Positions 24,470 to 39,657 of a DNA stretch of 64,000 bases are shown here, piece by piece (within the stretch, counting starts at the first letter, position 1; every line of letters begins with the position of its first letter). The position numbers and the translations under genes are program-made. The notes beneath the pieces are model-generated. The model was not told the origin of the DNA. It saw only the letters and a list, made by a program, of their open reading frames with translations, and searched no databases. This DNA is from Octopus vulgaris (lineage: Eukaryota), in NCBI GenBank assembly GCA_951406725.2, contig OX597825.1, forward strand, positions 18,600,001 through 18,664,000. The letters run 5' to 3'.

Positions 24470-25283
24470 CAGTGACTCTGGGAGACGACGAGAACGAACT
24501 GGTTTTTCTGATCCGAATAATTCCCAGATATACCTGACCTGCCAATGTTACCAGGGAGCGTTACCGGTTCAAGATAAACCCTACAGGCACGGATGTGCTC
24601 ACAGACGCACTTGTTCGAGGTGCGCGCCGAGTGACGAAACCGTTCTGCATGTCCCCGTTCAGTGTCCGGGTATTGCTGACTTGTGAGATTATTTTGAACA
24701 GCTGCTGTCTTCTATTGGAAGGATCCGGTTGATGGCCGAGTCTGCAGTGATGATTTCACCGCCACCTTCTCTCAATCGGGGAGGGAAGGCAGTTTTCCTT
24801 TGCCTGGTGGCTGTGGCGGAAGCGGTTGTTTGGTGGACGAGGCTGAAAGGCATGAGGACAGATACATTCCGCTTTGGTAGAGCTCGCATTGACGTTTTCA
24901 AGTTTCACTTAAAAAGGAAATTAAGAGTGGAGAGAAGTGCTCTTCTCGAGTGAGTTTATTGAAAGGTGGGTGAAAGTTACGAAAATGGTAAGAGTGGATG
25001 GTACCTCTTTAAGCGCATACCTTTGAATCGGAGAGAAGGAATTGGAGAGGGCATTTGCTACTGGGGTTTCAGGGAAATCTCGGAGAATGTGGTTCCTCGA
25101 TTATCCCTAGAGACGTCCCTGAATCAACAGGGCCACATTTCTATCATTCCTCCCTTTATTTCTACCTTTGTACGCTATGCATGTGTCCCTCCTTTTCCAG
25201 TGTATACGTATTTTTTATTTAATTTTCTTTACCATTTCATTATTACGTTTAAACCCCTACACTTTACGTCTGTCTCTTTCTAA
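24470..25283 (+). mobile_element. L1/Tx1-like ORF2 C-terminal fragment with 3' UTR, pseudogenised
   Basis: GALPVQDKPYRHG...CSRCAPSDETVLHVPVQCP (zf-RVT-like CxxC..H..C), then AVVWWTR; stops present. Confidence 0.7.
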
Positions 25284-25484
25284 ATAGTGTTCATTTGATA
25301 ACAACGGCACTCTTCTTTATTCACTTCTATACTTTCTCGAGGAGTAACTTCAATCCTATAAATATTACCAAAATGAAATAGATTGACAAGTTTATTTTTG
25401 AACGTGTGGAAAACACATGAGATGTCGAGATATTATTCATTTGATAATAATGGCACACTTTTTTATTTGCTATTACTATTCAGG

Positions 25485-25497
25485 TAATAATAATAAT

Positions 25498-25531
<34 letters not shown>

Positions 25532-25534
25532 TTA

Positions 25535-25585
<51 letters not shown>

Positions 25586-25699
25586 TTAGTAATAATAATA
25601 ATAATAATATTAGTAATAATAATAATAATAATAATATTAGTAATAATAATAATAATAATAATAATAATATTAGTAATAATAATAATAATAATAATATTA

Positions 25700-25747
<48 letters not shown>

Positions 25748-25750
25748 TTA

Positions 25751-25798
<48 letters not shown>

Positions 25799-25834
25799 TT
25801 AGTAATAATAATAATAATAATAATAATAATATTA

Positions 25835-25894
<60 letters not shown>

Positions 25895-25930
25895 TTAGTA
25901 ATAATAATAATAATAATAATAATAATATTA

Positions 25931-25972
<42 letters not shown>

Positions 25973-25975
25973 TTA

Positions 25976-26008
<33 letters not shown>

Positions 26009-26011
26009 TTA

Positions 26012-26072
<61 letters not shown>

Positions 26073-26079
26073 CAACAAC
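25485..26079. repeat. (AAT)n array periodically interrupted by ATTAGT
   Basis: Direct reading; poly-N ORF punctuated by IS. Confidence 0.97.
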
Positions 26080-26127
26080 ATCGAAAAATACCTTAGGAAT
26101 GAGAACCCAGGTTCGAAATTTCCCCAA

Positions 26128-26170
26128 GACACCTGAAGAGGGTTGGAAGAGATATCAGCCGGAACGTGTT
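26128..26170 (+). ncRNA. Degenerate minimal type I hammerhead-like motif in a short element (26080-26226) at the end of the (AAT)n array
   Basis: GACAC-CTGAAGA-G-GGTTG-GAAGAGATAT-CAGCC-GGAAC-GTGTT: stem I GACAC/GTGTT, stem II GGTTG/CAGCC; GAAA reads GGAA and the cleavage triplet is eroded. Confidence 0.55.
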
Positions 26171-26269
26171 AACAACAAACAAGATGAGGACAAATATCTG
26201 TCAAACGTAAAAATGTAAATAATGTAGGATTATTATTATTGTGAATGATGATGTTGTTGTTGTTGTTGT

Positions 26270-27050
26270 TTTTGGTAGAAGTTTGGTTTTGAAACACGTA
26301 GTTCCGGGTTCAATATCCCTGCGTGACTCCTTGAGGATATGTTTTCTAATATAGCTCCGAGCCGACTAAATCATTGTGAGTTGATTTAGTAACAGAAAGA
26401 TGGACATTGAAAGAAAAGCATCGAAAATGTGTGTGAGTGTATGTTAGTGCGTGTTTGTGTTTGTATTTGTCTCCGACACCTTGAGAAACGGTGTTGAGCT
26501 TTTACCTCGTCGTGACTTAGCAATCCAGCATAACAGCGCAAGAGAGAGAGAGATATGCAGAGAGAATTTCATGCTTAGAACATTATGTCCTGGAACCGAT
26601 TCGTTTGATTAAAACTTCCTATAGCGTTGCCCCAGCATGATCACTCTCCAGTGACTGATAAAATTGAAATATATAACGATAAAGGATTTTAATTTAAGGT
26701 GTCAGCAGGAATATTAGTGAGTCGGATCAAATGCCGGCGGTTTTTCTTCCGCTATTTACATTCTAACATGAAATACCGCTGAGGTCGACATTGCCTTTTA
26801 TCCTCTTGGGATCGATAAAATAGTACCAGTAGTGGTGTCGTTGTTATTGACCAGCCCTATGACTGCCAAATTTCAGATCGAATCTCTACCTATATTAGAA
26901 AGGCTTTTTAAGGCAACGAGCTGGTAGAATCGTTATCGAGTTAGACAAAATGCTTCACGGCATTTGGTTCGTCCTTAATTTCTGAGTTCAAATTCTGCTG
27001 GGGTCGACTTTCCATTTAATCCTCTCGACTGTGATAAAATAATTAGGTTG
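26270..27050 (+). mobile_element. Cluster of old SINEs: family A (~26270-26690) and two family B (~26697-26905, ~26910-27050)
   Basis: GTTCCGGGTTCA, GCCCCAGCATG, GAGGTCGACATTGCCTTTTATCC and GAGTTCAAATTC motifs in the expected order. Confidence 0.65.
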
Positions 27051-27679
27051 TGATAAAATAACGAGGTGAAAATAGAAGTTCTACCTCACAGTATATCTGC
27101 TAAAAGGTGGGTGATTATAGAGAAAATGGCACGTATCTGTCTGCCTGCTCCAATAATGCAACTGTAGGCTAGTGAATTTGAGAGGTAGAAGGGTGCTCTT
27201 TCCAGATGCCCTCGAAGCGTCGAGTTGTTCAGGATTGGTGAGATACCTGACACATCGACCCCAGTTGAACCCTGGGGTCGATGAAATCAGCAATCTCCCA
27301 CCTGCCAATTTTCAGGACTCATACCTTTTGCCATAAGTATTATTATATAATACAACTTTTTTGTTTTTTGGTGCCACTTTTAAAATTAATATTAGTAGAC
27401 ACGAAAGCATTGCGCTTTTTAATGTTTTTCGTTTAGATGGTTCTTCTTCTTCTCGTTACTGTTGTCCTGGCTCTATTTTAACTGTTCAACTTATCTCTCA
27501 AATGACCGCCGATGATATATTATTTCATCCTGTTGAGGTCAAAATCGATCGATGAATAGAGTAATGCAAATTGATTGATTTCAACTATTGATTGAAGCCT
27601 ACGAAGCTTCTGATGTAAAGTAGATTAAAATTAATTAATGCAATGAACACAGTATATAATTAAAGATTATATTAGCTTT

Positions 27680-28108
<429 letters not shown>

Positions 28109-28122
28109 TGGGTGTGGCTATA

Positions 28123-28224
28123 GGCTTAGGAGTGGCTGTGTGGTAAGTAGCTTGCTTATGAACCACACAGATCCGGGTTCAGTCCCACTACGTGGAACCT
28201 TGGGCAAGTGTCTTCTGCTATAGC
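28123..28224 (+). mobile_element. SINE family A head fragment
   Basis: Matches 15740-15841. Confidence 0.88.
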
Positions 28225-28239
28225 TTCGATCGTCTATGC

Positions 28240-28880
28240 AGTGTATGCAATGGAAGCCCATTGCATACACTCTCTATCCAGAGCTTAACGATTATTTCCA
28301 GGACATCAATGTAGGCAGCAGAGTTAAATCTAAGGCCTTGTGGAAAGAGGTAAGAAGGCAACACATATCCTACATTGCTGACAACCCCTAAATCTATGAC
28401 AGCTGCAGGAAATTTTGTATGCATAACAATTGTATGCATAACACTTCAGAAGGATCTGCACATAACCATCTGTCGTTTTTTCTGTTAACATTTTGTTTTT
28501 CGTTGAAGATTTTCTCGTTTGAAAAAAGAAAATCAATCTACTTCTGTTGGGTTTTTCTAGTTTGTTTAAGAGCCTTTAAGATCTAACGTAGTGATTTTGT
28601 TTTGCTTTTTGTAACAAATTGAGCTTTCTTCATCATATAAGTCTTATATCTGAGGTCTTCGTGGAGATTTCTCATTGTTCCTTTTGACACATAGAGATCT
28701 TTTGCAGTTGACCTTATGGACTTTCTGGGATTGTAATGCATAGTCTGTTGAACATGATGAGTAAATTCAGGTGTTGTGATGATTTCAGAACCTTTAGAAT
28801 ACTTTATATACATTGATCCTGGTGATAACTTTCCATCTTCAGTCTTTAACTCCTTGCAAACTTTTGTTACTTTGGACAAG
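28240..28880 (-). mobile_element. Decayed Tc1/mariner-superfamily (DD37D/maT-like) transposase fragment
   Basis: MHTKFPAAVIDLGVVSNVGYVLPSYLFPQGLRFNSAAYIDVLEIIVKLWI and HTH-like NPRKSIRSTAKDLYVSKGTMR...EDLRYKTY. Confidence 0.75.
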
Positions 28881-31270
28881 GCTTCGTGACATTCAATTAT
28901 AAATAAAAGGCCATTTTATGGGATTACCTTAGGTTTCATGTCCATAAAGGGCTTAGATTTATGGCTTATCATCATATCCCAAATCCTGATGGCTTAATGC
29001 TTCTCTAATTAACCAACGCTACATTGTTCAACATATTCTTTTTTTTTTCTTCTAAGGTTGTTGAAGTGTGGTTTTGCTGGACGTCATTCATATTCAATAG
29101 TTTGTGTAACCGCGTAGATTTTGGTACAATATGAGATTCTCCAGGGAACAGCTATAGGAACGACCAGTAAGTAACAACGTATAGGAAGTGGGGATTGTAA
29201 TGTACTTGAAAGAGAAAGACCTGCTGAGAACGCTATAGAAAGCGAGAGAAGATATGATTTTCAATGAGAGAATATGACACAAAAAAGTGGAGATAGTCGG
29301 ACCTAACTTAATGCCTTTCGTTAGAATATGAAATATATCAAGGAGTTCAGTGGTGGTGTAATACATTTGAAATTATTCTAGAAATGAGCCTGTATGCACT
29401 TGAGCGATCTATCAGGAACAACAGCCCAATACTGACAGGGTATTTAGAGATATTGGTTAGAAAAGATTTTGAGCGCTGTCTCCTATTTCGAAGTGCCGAA
29501 TTTACATGCTTACTTCCATTTAAGTAGGTTCTTACCAGACCTCTCCTGTCAATGCTACAGTCACTAGGTCCCAAAGTGGCAGATACTGTTCCCGAACACG
29601 CACACATGGTGGAAGTGAGAAGCAAACTTGTCTTTCTTGTATATGTGAAAATATAGGGTATTATATTTCTTAGAAATTATATCTAAGATATATAAACCCA
29701 CAAGATCATATATGTATTTACATGGTCCCGTAAAGTCACACACTTGTACCGAAAGAAGCTGCTGATTTTGAATTTTCCATGCAAGTGGAGTAATTATCGA
29801 ACAATAAATTTCTGTTCTGTAGCTCTCAGCGAAATATAGGGTGTTTTAAGTCGAAAGCGTTGAAAATCAAGAATATCAAATTAATTAATTCTAGTGATGT
29901 CTTATTGATACACTTATACCAGTTATCGACATCAATACTATTACATTTCAAATGTAGGCTTACAGACTTCACAACAATATTGTTAATGCTGTTTAGAAAA
30001 TTCTTTGTAACCAGTTTTACTTCCTCAAACTTTTCCTCTATGTTTTAAAATGCTTTTATTCGCACGAACTTCTAAAAAAGGCAACCAAATCTCCCTCAAT
30101 TTCACACTCCATTTTTCATATCTTTTATATTGCATTAAGTTTATAAGCTGTATTTCGTGAGTTGAAAAACAAATTTTTTACGAATTCCTGATTCCTGGAG
30201 ATTACCGCCACCACTCATTCTTCGACACTTTCTACTGTGTTGGGAATATATTAGAATACTTTTAAAAAACAAGGACATATTATAAGAGAACAGAGAGTAA
30301 GGTGGGTTATGATACTGTAATGCTTCCCAACTGCTTTTGAAGTATATCTGTAATCAGTCCAGCCAGGTAACCAAATCACGTTAGAGTCTCATTCTGCCAT
30401 GTCTTATACACACTTAAACTTGGCTCGAAACAGCACAAATAAGTAATCAGTAAATTACGCTGTTTGATTGATTGGGTTAGTGATATATAGGATAAGTTTC
30501 TATGAGGTGTGTTATGTTTATATACGAAAAACTACGGCAGCTGAATACTGATAACTTAGAAGTATGATAAAAATGAATTTTAAAAGAAACTTTGGCTAAC
30601 GGAGTTGTGATTGACTGAAATAAGATAAACAGCTGGACTAAATCTTTTGGTGTAGATTACAAATTACGGCACTTTAATCATTATAAATATCAACAGGAAA
30701 TAGGCATTTGTGCTGTTGATATTGTTGCTATAATTTTAGTGTTGTTCACAGTGGGTGTTGTTAGTAATGTGTCTCAGCTTCGGCAAAAGGTCATTCGTAG
30801 AATTCAGGAAATGTTTATGGTTTGACGTCAAATGAATGAATTGTTTGTACTTGCTCGGACCCTGCGTCGTACGCGAAATGACAAGTGTCTGATAAATGTT
30901 TCAAAATCTTGTTGAAGTTTCTTTTATTTTTAATTTTTTGTTTTTTCAGAGAATACGTCATTAATGGCACGACAAAATAATGTCATATAACACTTTATGC
31001 TTCGATTGGTTTCCTACTTGATTTTCATCCAGTTCTTATGTTTATAGATATTAACGATAACGGACCGATTTCTAAACTGATAGAAGTGTCGCTCTTATCA
31101 CACCAGGACAATTAGCCATGAACAATTAAAACTTAATGGACAGACTAATTCGAATCCTGTTTTAACAAGCTGTTTATTTGCTGCTCATTTGATGGGGTTT
31201 CATGTCCATTTTGTGTTGTATTTCAGTGGGGTCACACGCACTGAGCTTACAACAAAATTTGTTTTAATAA

Positions 31271-31660
31271 GTTTCTTTATTGGCCACACAGGGCTGCACA
31301 CAGATGGGACAAGTTACAAGGTAGAGCTTTTCTTTCGGGGGATGAAAAAAACAAAAAACAAAAGAAACAAAAAAAAAAGATGGCGTAGGTTTTCGATCAA
31401 AAGGGATCGTAAAAGGGAAAAAAAGAACAAAAAATAAAAAGAGGAAAAGGAACAAAAGAAAGGAGAAATGAAAAAAGAAGAAAAAAGGGGGGAAAAAGGG
31501 GAAGAGGAAAAAAACGATCAATAGGGATCGTGTATCGCAGTGTTATGATGTATGGTGTAAAGGGGAAAGCAAGTAAGGTTTATCCGTGGGAAGAAAAGCC
31601 TACGAAAAAGACCACGGTAACCTTGGTCAATATTGTTATATGTTACCACATTTGTTTGCA
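31271..31660 (-). mobile_element. Probable LINE 3' UTR remnant
   Basis: Minus strand is pyrimidine-rich and ends TGTGTGCAGCCCTGTGTGGCCAATAAAGAAAC, similar to one SINE B tail; no clear coding remnant. Confidence 0.45.
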
Positions 31661-33194
31661 AGTGGGTAACCCTCTGTTTTCAATTTCAGGGTTCATTGGA
31701 TTATGCTCAAGGTGGCTACGTCATTCATACGTGCCATCCTTGCTACATGATTACTGACAATCTACAAGTACACAATATATATTCCGGAACCTTTTATTCC
31801 AAAGACTCTTCAGATTAATAATTTTTCCGGACCAGGGCTGGGCACCGACTAATTGATCAAACATTAAATTCATTCCAATAAGTAAATGAAAAACAGGCAA
31901 CAGTACATTAGTATGAATGATACAAGTCCACTGTACTATGCAAGACACTGTGAAAGATGGACGCTCATAAAAAAGTATGGTGGCCACGGGAATTTCGAGT
32001 ATCCTGTCCTTAAATTAGTACGGATTATAAGATGTTCCGGACCATCAGTGTCCGGAAAATCAGTTTTGTACATGGACAAGACACCCATTTTTTATCGATT
32101 ATAAAAATCTCATTCAATATTTGATGGAAAACAACTAGCTTTCAATATTTATACCTACTTATAAACAGTTTCCAATGATCATATACAATATATTTTGTAA
32201 ACTTTACTTTCATTTGACAAAATATTAGTTATTTTTAATAGATAACACCTCAAAATATAACCGAAAGAGTCAGCGTGCAAAATCTGCGAATTTATTCAGT
32301 TTAATCCCATAATTTAAACTGATATATCCATTTACTTGTTTCAGTCGTTTGACTGCGGCCATACTGGAGCACCGACTTTAAACGATACAGTATCATTTGT
32401 GTGTAGAAGTACTAATGTCCACACCCGCCTGCGCCTCAAACACACACACACACACAAATTCACACACAGAAAAACACACATAGAAACACACACACACACA
32501 CACACACATATATACAAAGACACCCAACTACAGTATTTTGGTGCAAGCATTATCTCCAATAAATTTCTGGCGAATGTATTCAAATGAGAGGTCAAATAAA
32601 ACTAGTGAATACACGAAGTTAATCACTTGGAAATTGTACACCTCAGTCTTCCATTTTTTTTTATATGGAGTCATGCTTCGTTCATATCAGTGCGTCGAAA
32701 CTGAAACAGTTACATCTGAGATCTACCTCAGCTAATGGAAAACACACAAGAACAGTTAAATTCAATTTCCATTTCTTTCTCGAGATGTTGTCAAAATTTT
32801 CTTTACGCCACTGTATTAGTGATAAAGCTGTAGTTTTGCGAGAGAGAAAAAAATTATGACATCACAACATATAAATGAAAAGTTAATTGAACAGATAGTT
32901 TGTATGATTTTTAGATGCCTCTTCCACGATGTAATTACAATATTCGTGTAATCTTATGAGAAGATTTAACCCTTTTAGTCTTGTCTAACAAAATTTACGT
33001 AACAAAAAACAACACCAGAAATGAAAATAATAATAATAAAATGAACTAAAGAAGGAAAACAAAAAAAAAAACTTCCATTGATAAGAGAGACAGATGTAAC
33101 ACTGTTTCTTCAAAGCCTACTTTAGGAGATGAAAGTAGCAAAAGTCACAAAAATATTATAGACTAAACATTCATTTCCTTTCTACTATAAAAAG

Positions 33195-33228
<34 letters not shown>

Positions 33229-33584
33229 CTGTAACATCAGAATTTTTGTTTAGATAGTACACATCACTCTATCTGTTAATGTCATGTACAGAGAATTGAA
33301 GGCATCGAGCAAGCAGAATCGGTTACCGCGCTGGGAAAAATGTTTTGCAGCACTACTTCTGATTTTACATTCTGAGTTCAAATGTCAGCGGTGTCGAAAC
33401 TGCTGGCCTTGTGCGAAAATTTGAAGTAAAATTGAGAAGATATAAAGCCTTTTTCTATAAATGGAAAATATATCCATAAGGCATATATATATTAGTTACA
33501 ATTGAGAAACGAATCCGCGTTACGTACATCAAACATCATCGGTTTAGCTTCATGAAGCTATCATGGAGGTAAATGATTAGACAG

Positions 33585-34184
33585 AAGGCAGCGACCTGGC
33601 AAAAACGGTAGCACGCCGGGCGAAATGTGCAGCCATATTTCGTCTGCCATTACATTCTGAGTTCAAATTCCGCCGAGGTCGACTTTGCCTTTCATCCTTT
33701 CGAGATCAATTAAATAAGTACCAGTTGCGCACTGGTGTCGATATAATCGACTTAATCCGTTTGTCTGACCTTGATTGCCCTCTTTCTGTTTAGCCCCTTG
33801 TGGGTAATAAAGAAATAGGTATTTCGTCTGCCGCTACGTTCTGAGTTCTAATTCCGCCGAGGTCGACTTTACCTTTCAACCTTTCGGGGTCGATTAAATA
33901 AGTACCAGTTATGCACTGGGGTCGATATAATCGACTTAATCTGTTTGTCTATCCTTGTTTGTCCTCTTTGTGTTTAGCTCCTAATGGGCAGTAAAGAAAT
34001 AGGTATCTCGTCTGCCGTTACGTTCTGAGTTCAAATTCCGCCGAGGTCGACTTTACCTTTCATCCTTTCGGGGTCGATTAAATAAGTACCAGTTATGCAC
34101 TGGGGTCGATATAATCGACTTAATCCGTCTGTCTGTCCTTGTTTGTCCTCTCTGTGTTTAGCCCCTTGTGGGTAGTAAAAAAAT
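33585..34184 (+). mobile_element. SINE family B trimer (one head plus three 184-bp units) with 18-bp target-site duplication
   Basis: Equivalent unit positions at 33637, 33821 and 34005; AGGTAAATGATTAGA(C/T)AG at 33567-33584 and 34185-34202. Confidence 0.93.
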
Positions 34185-34864
34185 AGGTAAATGATTAGAT
34201 AGGTAGAAGTCATCTGCGATAAGAATTTAGTATTCGAATGACATCATACTATTTATTTTCCCATTATTCGACCCCTTGATGATATAAAACTACCAAGTTA
34301 CTACGTTACAGCTGTTACAGAACACAATCCTAAACGATATTTGTTCGTATCTCACCAGACACGAAACATCTGCAGCATCCTAATATCATACACCAGTTGC
34401 AGAAAACCCCACGCTCTTTCTCCATTCGTATAAGTTCCAATCATATCGCAAATAAAATGAAAAAAATGGCTTCTAAAATATGGGTTGCGTGCAAGCAGTT
34501 TCTGCTATATAACACTTTACTACGTCTGTCTTTCATTTCTTTGATAGTGGTAGCGCGTTTCAATATACGCAGGAGTTCCTATAGGTCTCTTGCACAGTAT
34601 GACATTAAAATTATATTAATTAAGTTGACGACACTGGAGATAGAGTCTGTTTTAGGTCTTCTTCTATTTCCAATTATTCTGTATTGTTTATTTATGGTTT
34701 TTTTTTTTGAAATTTTACTCATTTATTTGCTTCGATAATTAAACTCTGAAGTTATGCTGATTCAGGAGAAACCCAGTAACAAAAAATAAAATATATATAT
34801 ATATATTTATCATAGCTAGCCAAGTCAAATAGAAATCCGTCTGACGAAAGAATCAAAAATACAC

Positions 34865-34934
<70 letters not shown>

Positions 34935-35029
34935 GTATAGGTGAAATAAGAATAATAGAAAACAAATATACACAAGGAAATTGTTTATATTTCAGTAATA
35001 AGAAAACACGATAAAATGAGAATTAGAAT

Positions 35030-36745
<1,716 letters not shown>

Positions 36746-37014
36746 GTGGTAGTGGCGGTGTTGGTTTTGGTATTCATTTGCATATGGTTTCGTCATTTAC
36801 GTTGTACGAAATATATTCGAGCATATGGATTGATAATTCATCTGATGTGCCTTACTTTATCTGATTGTTGGAAAACATAATCGTATTGTATTGGCTTCCG
36901 GTCGATTAGGAATTAATCCAGTTCAAATCATTTGCTTCCTTCTCTAATATTGCAATAGGTCAAAATTGGTTTTTAAAGCTTGTAGATATTTTTGTGTCTT
37001 ACAGTATTTCATAT

Positions 37015-37480
37015 ACCGTAACCACTCGCCATATCACGGTTTACCTATCGCGCCCTCGGTATATCGCGGATTTTTCTATCTAATACAGAGAGGGGCAGAA
37101 AGGATGCCCCGATTTCAAAGGTTAATAAAAACACAAACACATGAGGATGAATGAAAAGCTTCGTAATTCTATAAAGTGCATTAAATGCCGCTTTGTTTCT
37201 GTTTCAGATAGTTGCCATTTCATGACCTGAAATGGGGAGCGGAGTAATTTTTTTCTTGATTCTTCGTGTGTTTGTTCTTTATTAACCTTTGAAATCGGGG
37301 CTATCTTTCTGCCGCACCCTGTATATGTAAAATTATAATGCGGACTCACCGGTATATCGCGGGTTTCTTCCGCCGATACGTGATTACATCTTTTTAGTTT
37401 CGAATAATTTTTTCTGGTAAAATGAGCATCTTCGCGCCTAAGAATTAATAAATTAGAATATCGTACAGTATAATACATTA
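37015..37480. mobile_element. pogo/Tigger-like terminal remnant interrupted by a MITE
   Basis: CCGTAACCACTCGCCATATCACGG...TATCGCG...TATATCGCGGATTTTT resembles Tigger-type termini; the TATATCGCGG motif recurs after the MITE at ~37353. Confidence 0.45.
37086..37321. mobile_element. 236-bp Tc1/mariner-type MITE with TA duplication
   Basis: TA-CAGAGAGGGGCAGAAAGGATGCCCCGATTTCAAAGGTTAATAAA... / ...TTTATTAACCTTTGAAATCGGGGCTATCTTTCTGCCGCACCCTG-TA; ~60-bp TIRs. Confidence 0.88.
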
Positions 37481-37609
37481 ATTAAAATATATTGAAAGAA
37501 AGTACGTAGTGTACCGTAGATGAGTAAATAAAGAATTCCTCACACTATGAAAACGAAACACGGAAAACGAATCCTGGCAATATAGAGTCAATAAAATCTT
37601 GGAAGACCT

Positions 37610-38597
37610 CCCGGAATTAATTTTTTTCCGATCAAAAGGTTATCCATTTCTGGAAGAAGTGGTAGTCAGTGGGGGCAAGATCAGGTGAGTATGGTGGATG
37701 ATGGAGAACTTCCAACTACAACCCCTGTAGTTTCGCCAATGTTATTTTTGCGATGTGTGGTCTGGCGTTGTCTTGCAATAAAATAGAAGTGGATCTGTTG
37801 ACTAATCTTTTGTAAGTTTCTGCATTTGGCTGCATTGTACTTCTGCCGCGATTGATGAGCCAGGTTCAATGAAATCATAACGGATCACATCTGCGCCAGA
37901 CCGCCAAACACACGCCATCATTTCTTTTGATGAATTTTGCTTTTTGGCCTGTGTTTTGGTGGCTCGCCTTTGTCCAACCATTATTCTGAATGTTCGCGAT
38001 TGTTGTATTTGATCCATTTCTCATCACATGTTACACTGCGATTCAAAAATGATTCATTCTTGTGATGAGAAAATAGCATTATGCAGGCTTCCAAACGTTG
38101 CTGTTTCTGATTTTCATTGAGTTCATGTGGAACACACTTATCTAAATTTTTCACTTTACCGATAATTTACGGGCACTTTGGGATGGATCTGACTCGACGT
38201 TGGCTTTCAGTTCATCATTATCCACCATTGTTTCTGATCGACTGCGTTGCTCACTTGTGAGGTCAAAGTGACCAGAATGAATTTTTTCAAACCATTTTGA
38301 TACTGGCTGCTGTGTAATAACATTAGAATGAAATGCTCTGTTAATATTCCGAGGTGTCAGTGATGCTGTACTTCCAAGAAAGAAGTCATATTTCGAAACT
38401 ATACGAATTTCCGAATTATAAAAAAAAAATTATAAATATTTTATAAAGCGCAAAATGAGTTAGAATAAAGAAATAGATGTGTCAGCTTTCTAACAAATAA
38501 TTAAGATTGTAAAATATAATAATAGCGCAAAATATGAATAGCTGCCAAGGTTTACCATATACCTTGCTACAAATTTCATACTTAACGACCTAAAATA
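37610..38597 (-). mobile_element. Decayed mariner (DD34D) transposon
   Basis: Minus-strand motifs CVPHEL (WVPHEL-like), VTCDEKW and HPPYSPDLAPTDYHFF (37653-37700); TIR-like TTAGGTCGTTAAGTATGAAAT near 38572-38593; broken frame. Confidence 0.92.
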
Positions 38598-38599
38598 TG

Positions 38600-38711
<112 letters not shown>

Positions 38712-39625
38712 ATTGTACGGTAATTAGGGGGAAAAACCCAAACAGAATCGATACTGATTTGTTTCATTGACACAATTGATATATTATTTGAGGTTTCTTA
38801 AACCAATTTTTAAAACTTCCAAACAGAAACCAAAGCAAATTGCATACCAAAATAAAAACAAAAAACCTGGAAACTAGAAGATAACATGTCACCAAAATGT
38901 AACGCGTTAAATAACCGCTTGTTTGGTCATTAGAGTACATCTCTTCGAAAAGTAATCTTGCATTGAGCCCATGAAGTCACTCACCAATTCATTAAGTACC
39001 ATACTATACTGATTTACTGGTTGCCAGTAGCACTGAACGTAACCTGGCATAAAATAATATATTCAAAATATTATAACCTGTTCGCTTATGTCTGTGTATA
39101 TTTAGTCGAATAATACTCGTAAAATTATTGTATCTTAGATCTAAACACATATGGTATAAAATTTGGCATTTAAAATATTTAAAGCATCTTACACTCTCTT
39201 TGGAGAAAATTCCATTTCACAGATTTCAGCTTTTATAGAGGTGATGGCTTATTAATTTCCCGTTTTATGAACGGCCATCAACTTGATAATCTTTGGAAAA
39301 AACTTATTAATGTATTTAAATAGTTTCGTTTAAGAATAACAAGTAGTACTAACATCAATATATTGATTGTTTCACTCTTAAATAGGAAGCCAATTAAAAC
39401 ATTGGCGTTTATTAATAAGCCATTGGGTAACTATCCTGCAGCCATGAATAATTTAGTAAATGGAATTACCCCTCACGTTTTTAGCTTTCCAGTATTTGAA
39501 GTTTTCAAAAGTGCATCGCACCGCGAAGCGAAGGTCTTAAAATATAATAGTTTCTACGAAGAAATACGATACATTAAATATAGCAAACCTAGTAAAGCAA
39601 TAAATAATGGAAAGTGTAGCATTAC

Positions 39626-39657
39626 CTGCTTCAGTTCATCTTTTCGCCAGTTTGTGA
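39626..39657 (-). other. Candidate 32-nt microexon
   Basis: ttttttgcgatatttccag|TCACAAACTGGCGAAAAGATGAACTGAAGCAG|gtaatg; one open frame (xTNWRKDELKQ). No protein recognised. Confidence 0.2.

Noticed and set aside
25417-26136. 239-aa poly-Asn ORF; punctuated array superficially like a CRISPR array
   Set aside because: Pure (AAT)n with no unique spacers, in a eukaryotic repeat context.
30940-30990. Strong plus-strand splice acceptor (T-rich tract plus CAG)
   Set aside because: Frames close quickly and no partner exon was identified; such tracts are common in AT-rich DNA.
31770-32075. Possible pogo-like MITE with TCCGGA repeats at both ends
   Set aside because: Termini too eroded to define TIRs or a TSD.
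33637-34184. 184-bp tandem unit as a classical hammerhead retrozyme
   Set aside because: No CTGANGA core on either strand; the unit is SINE-derived.
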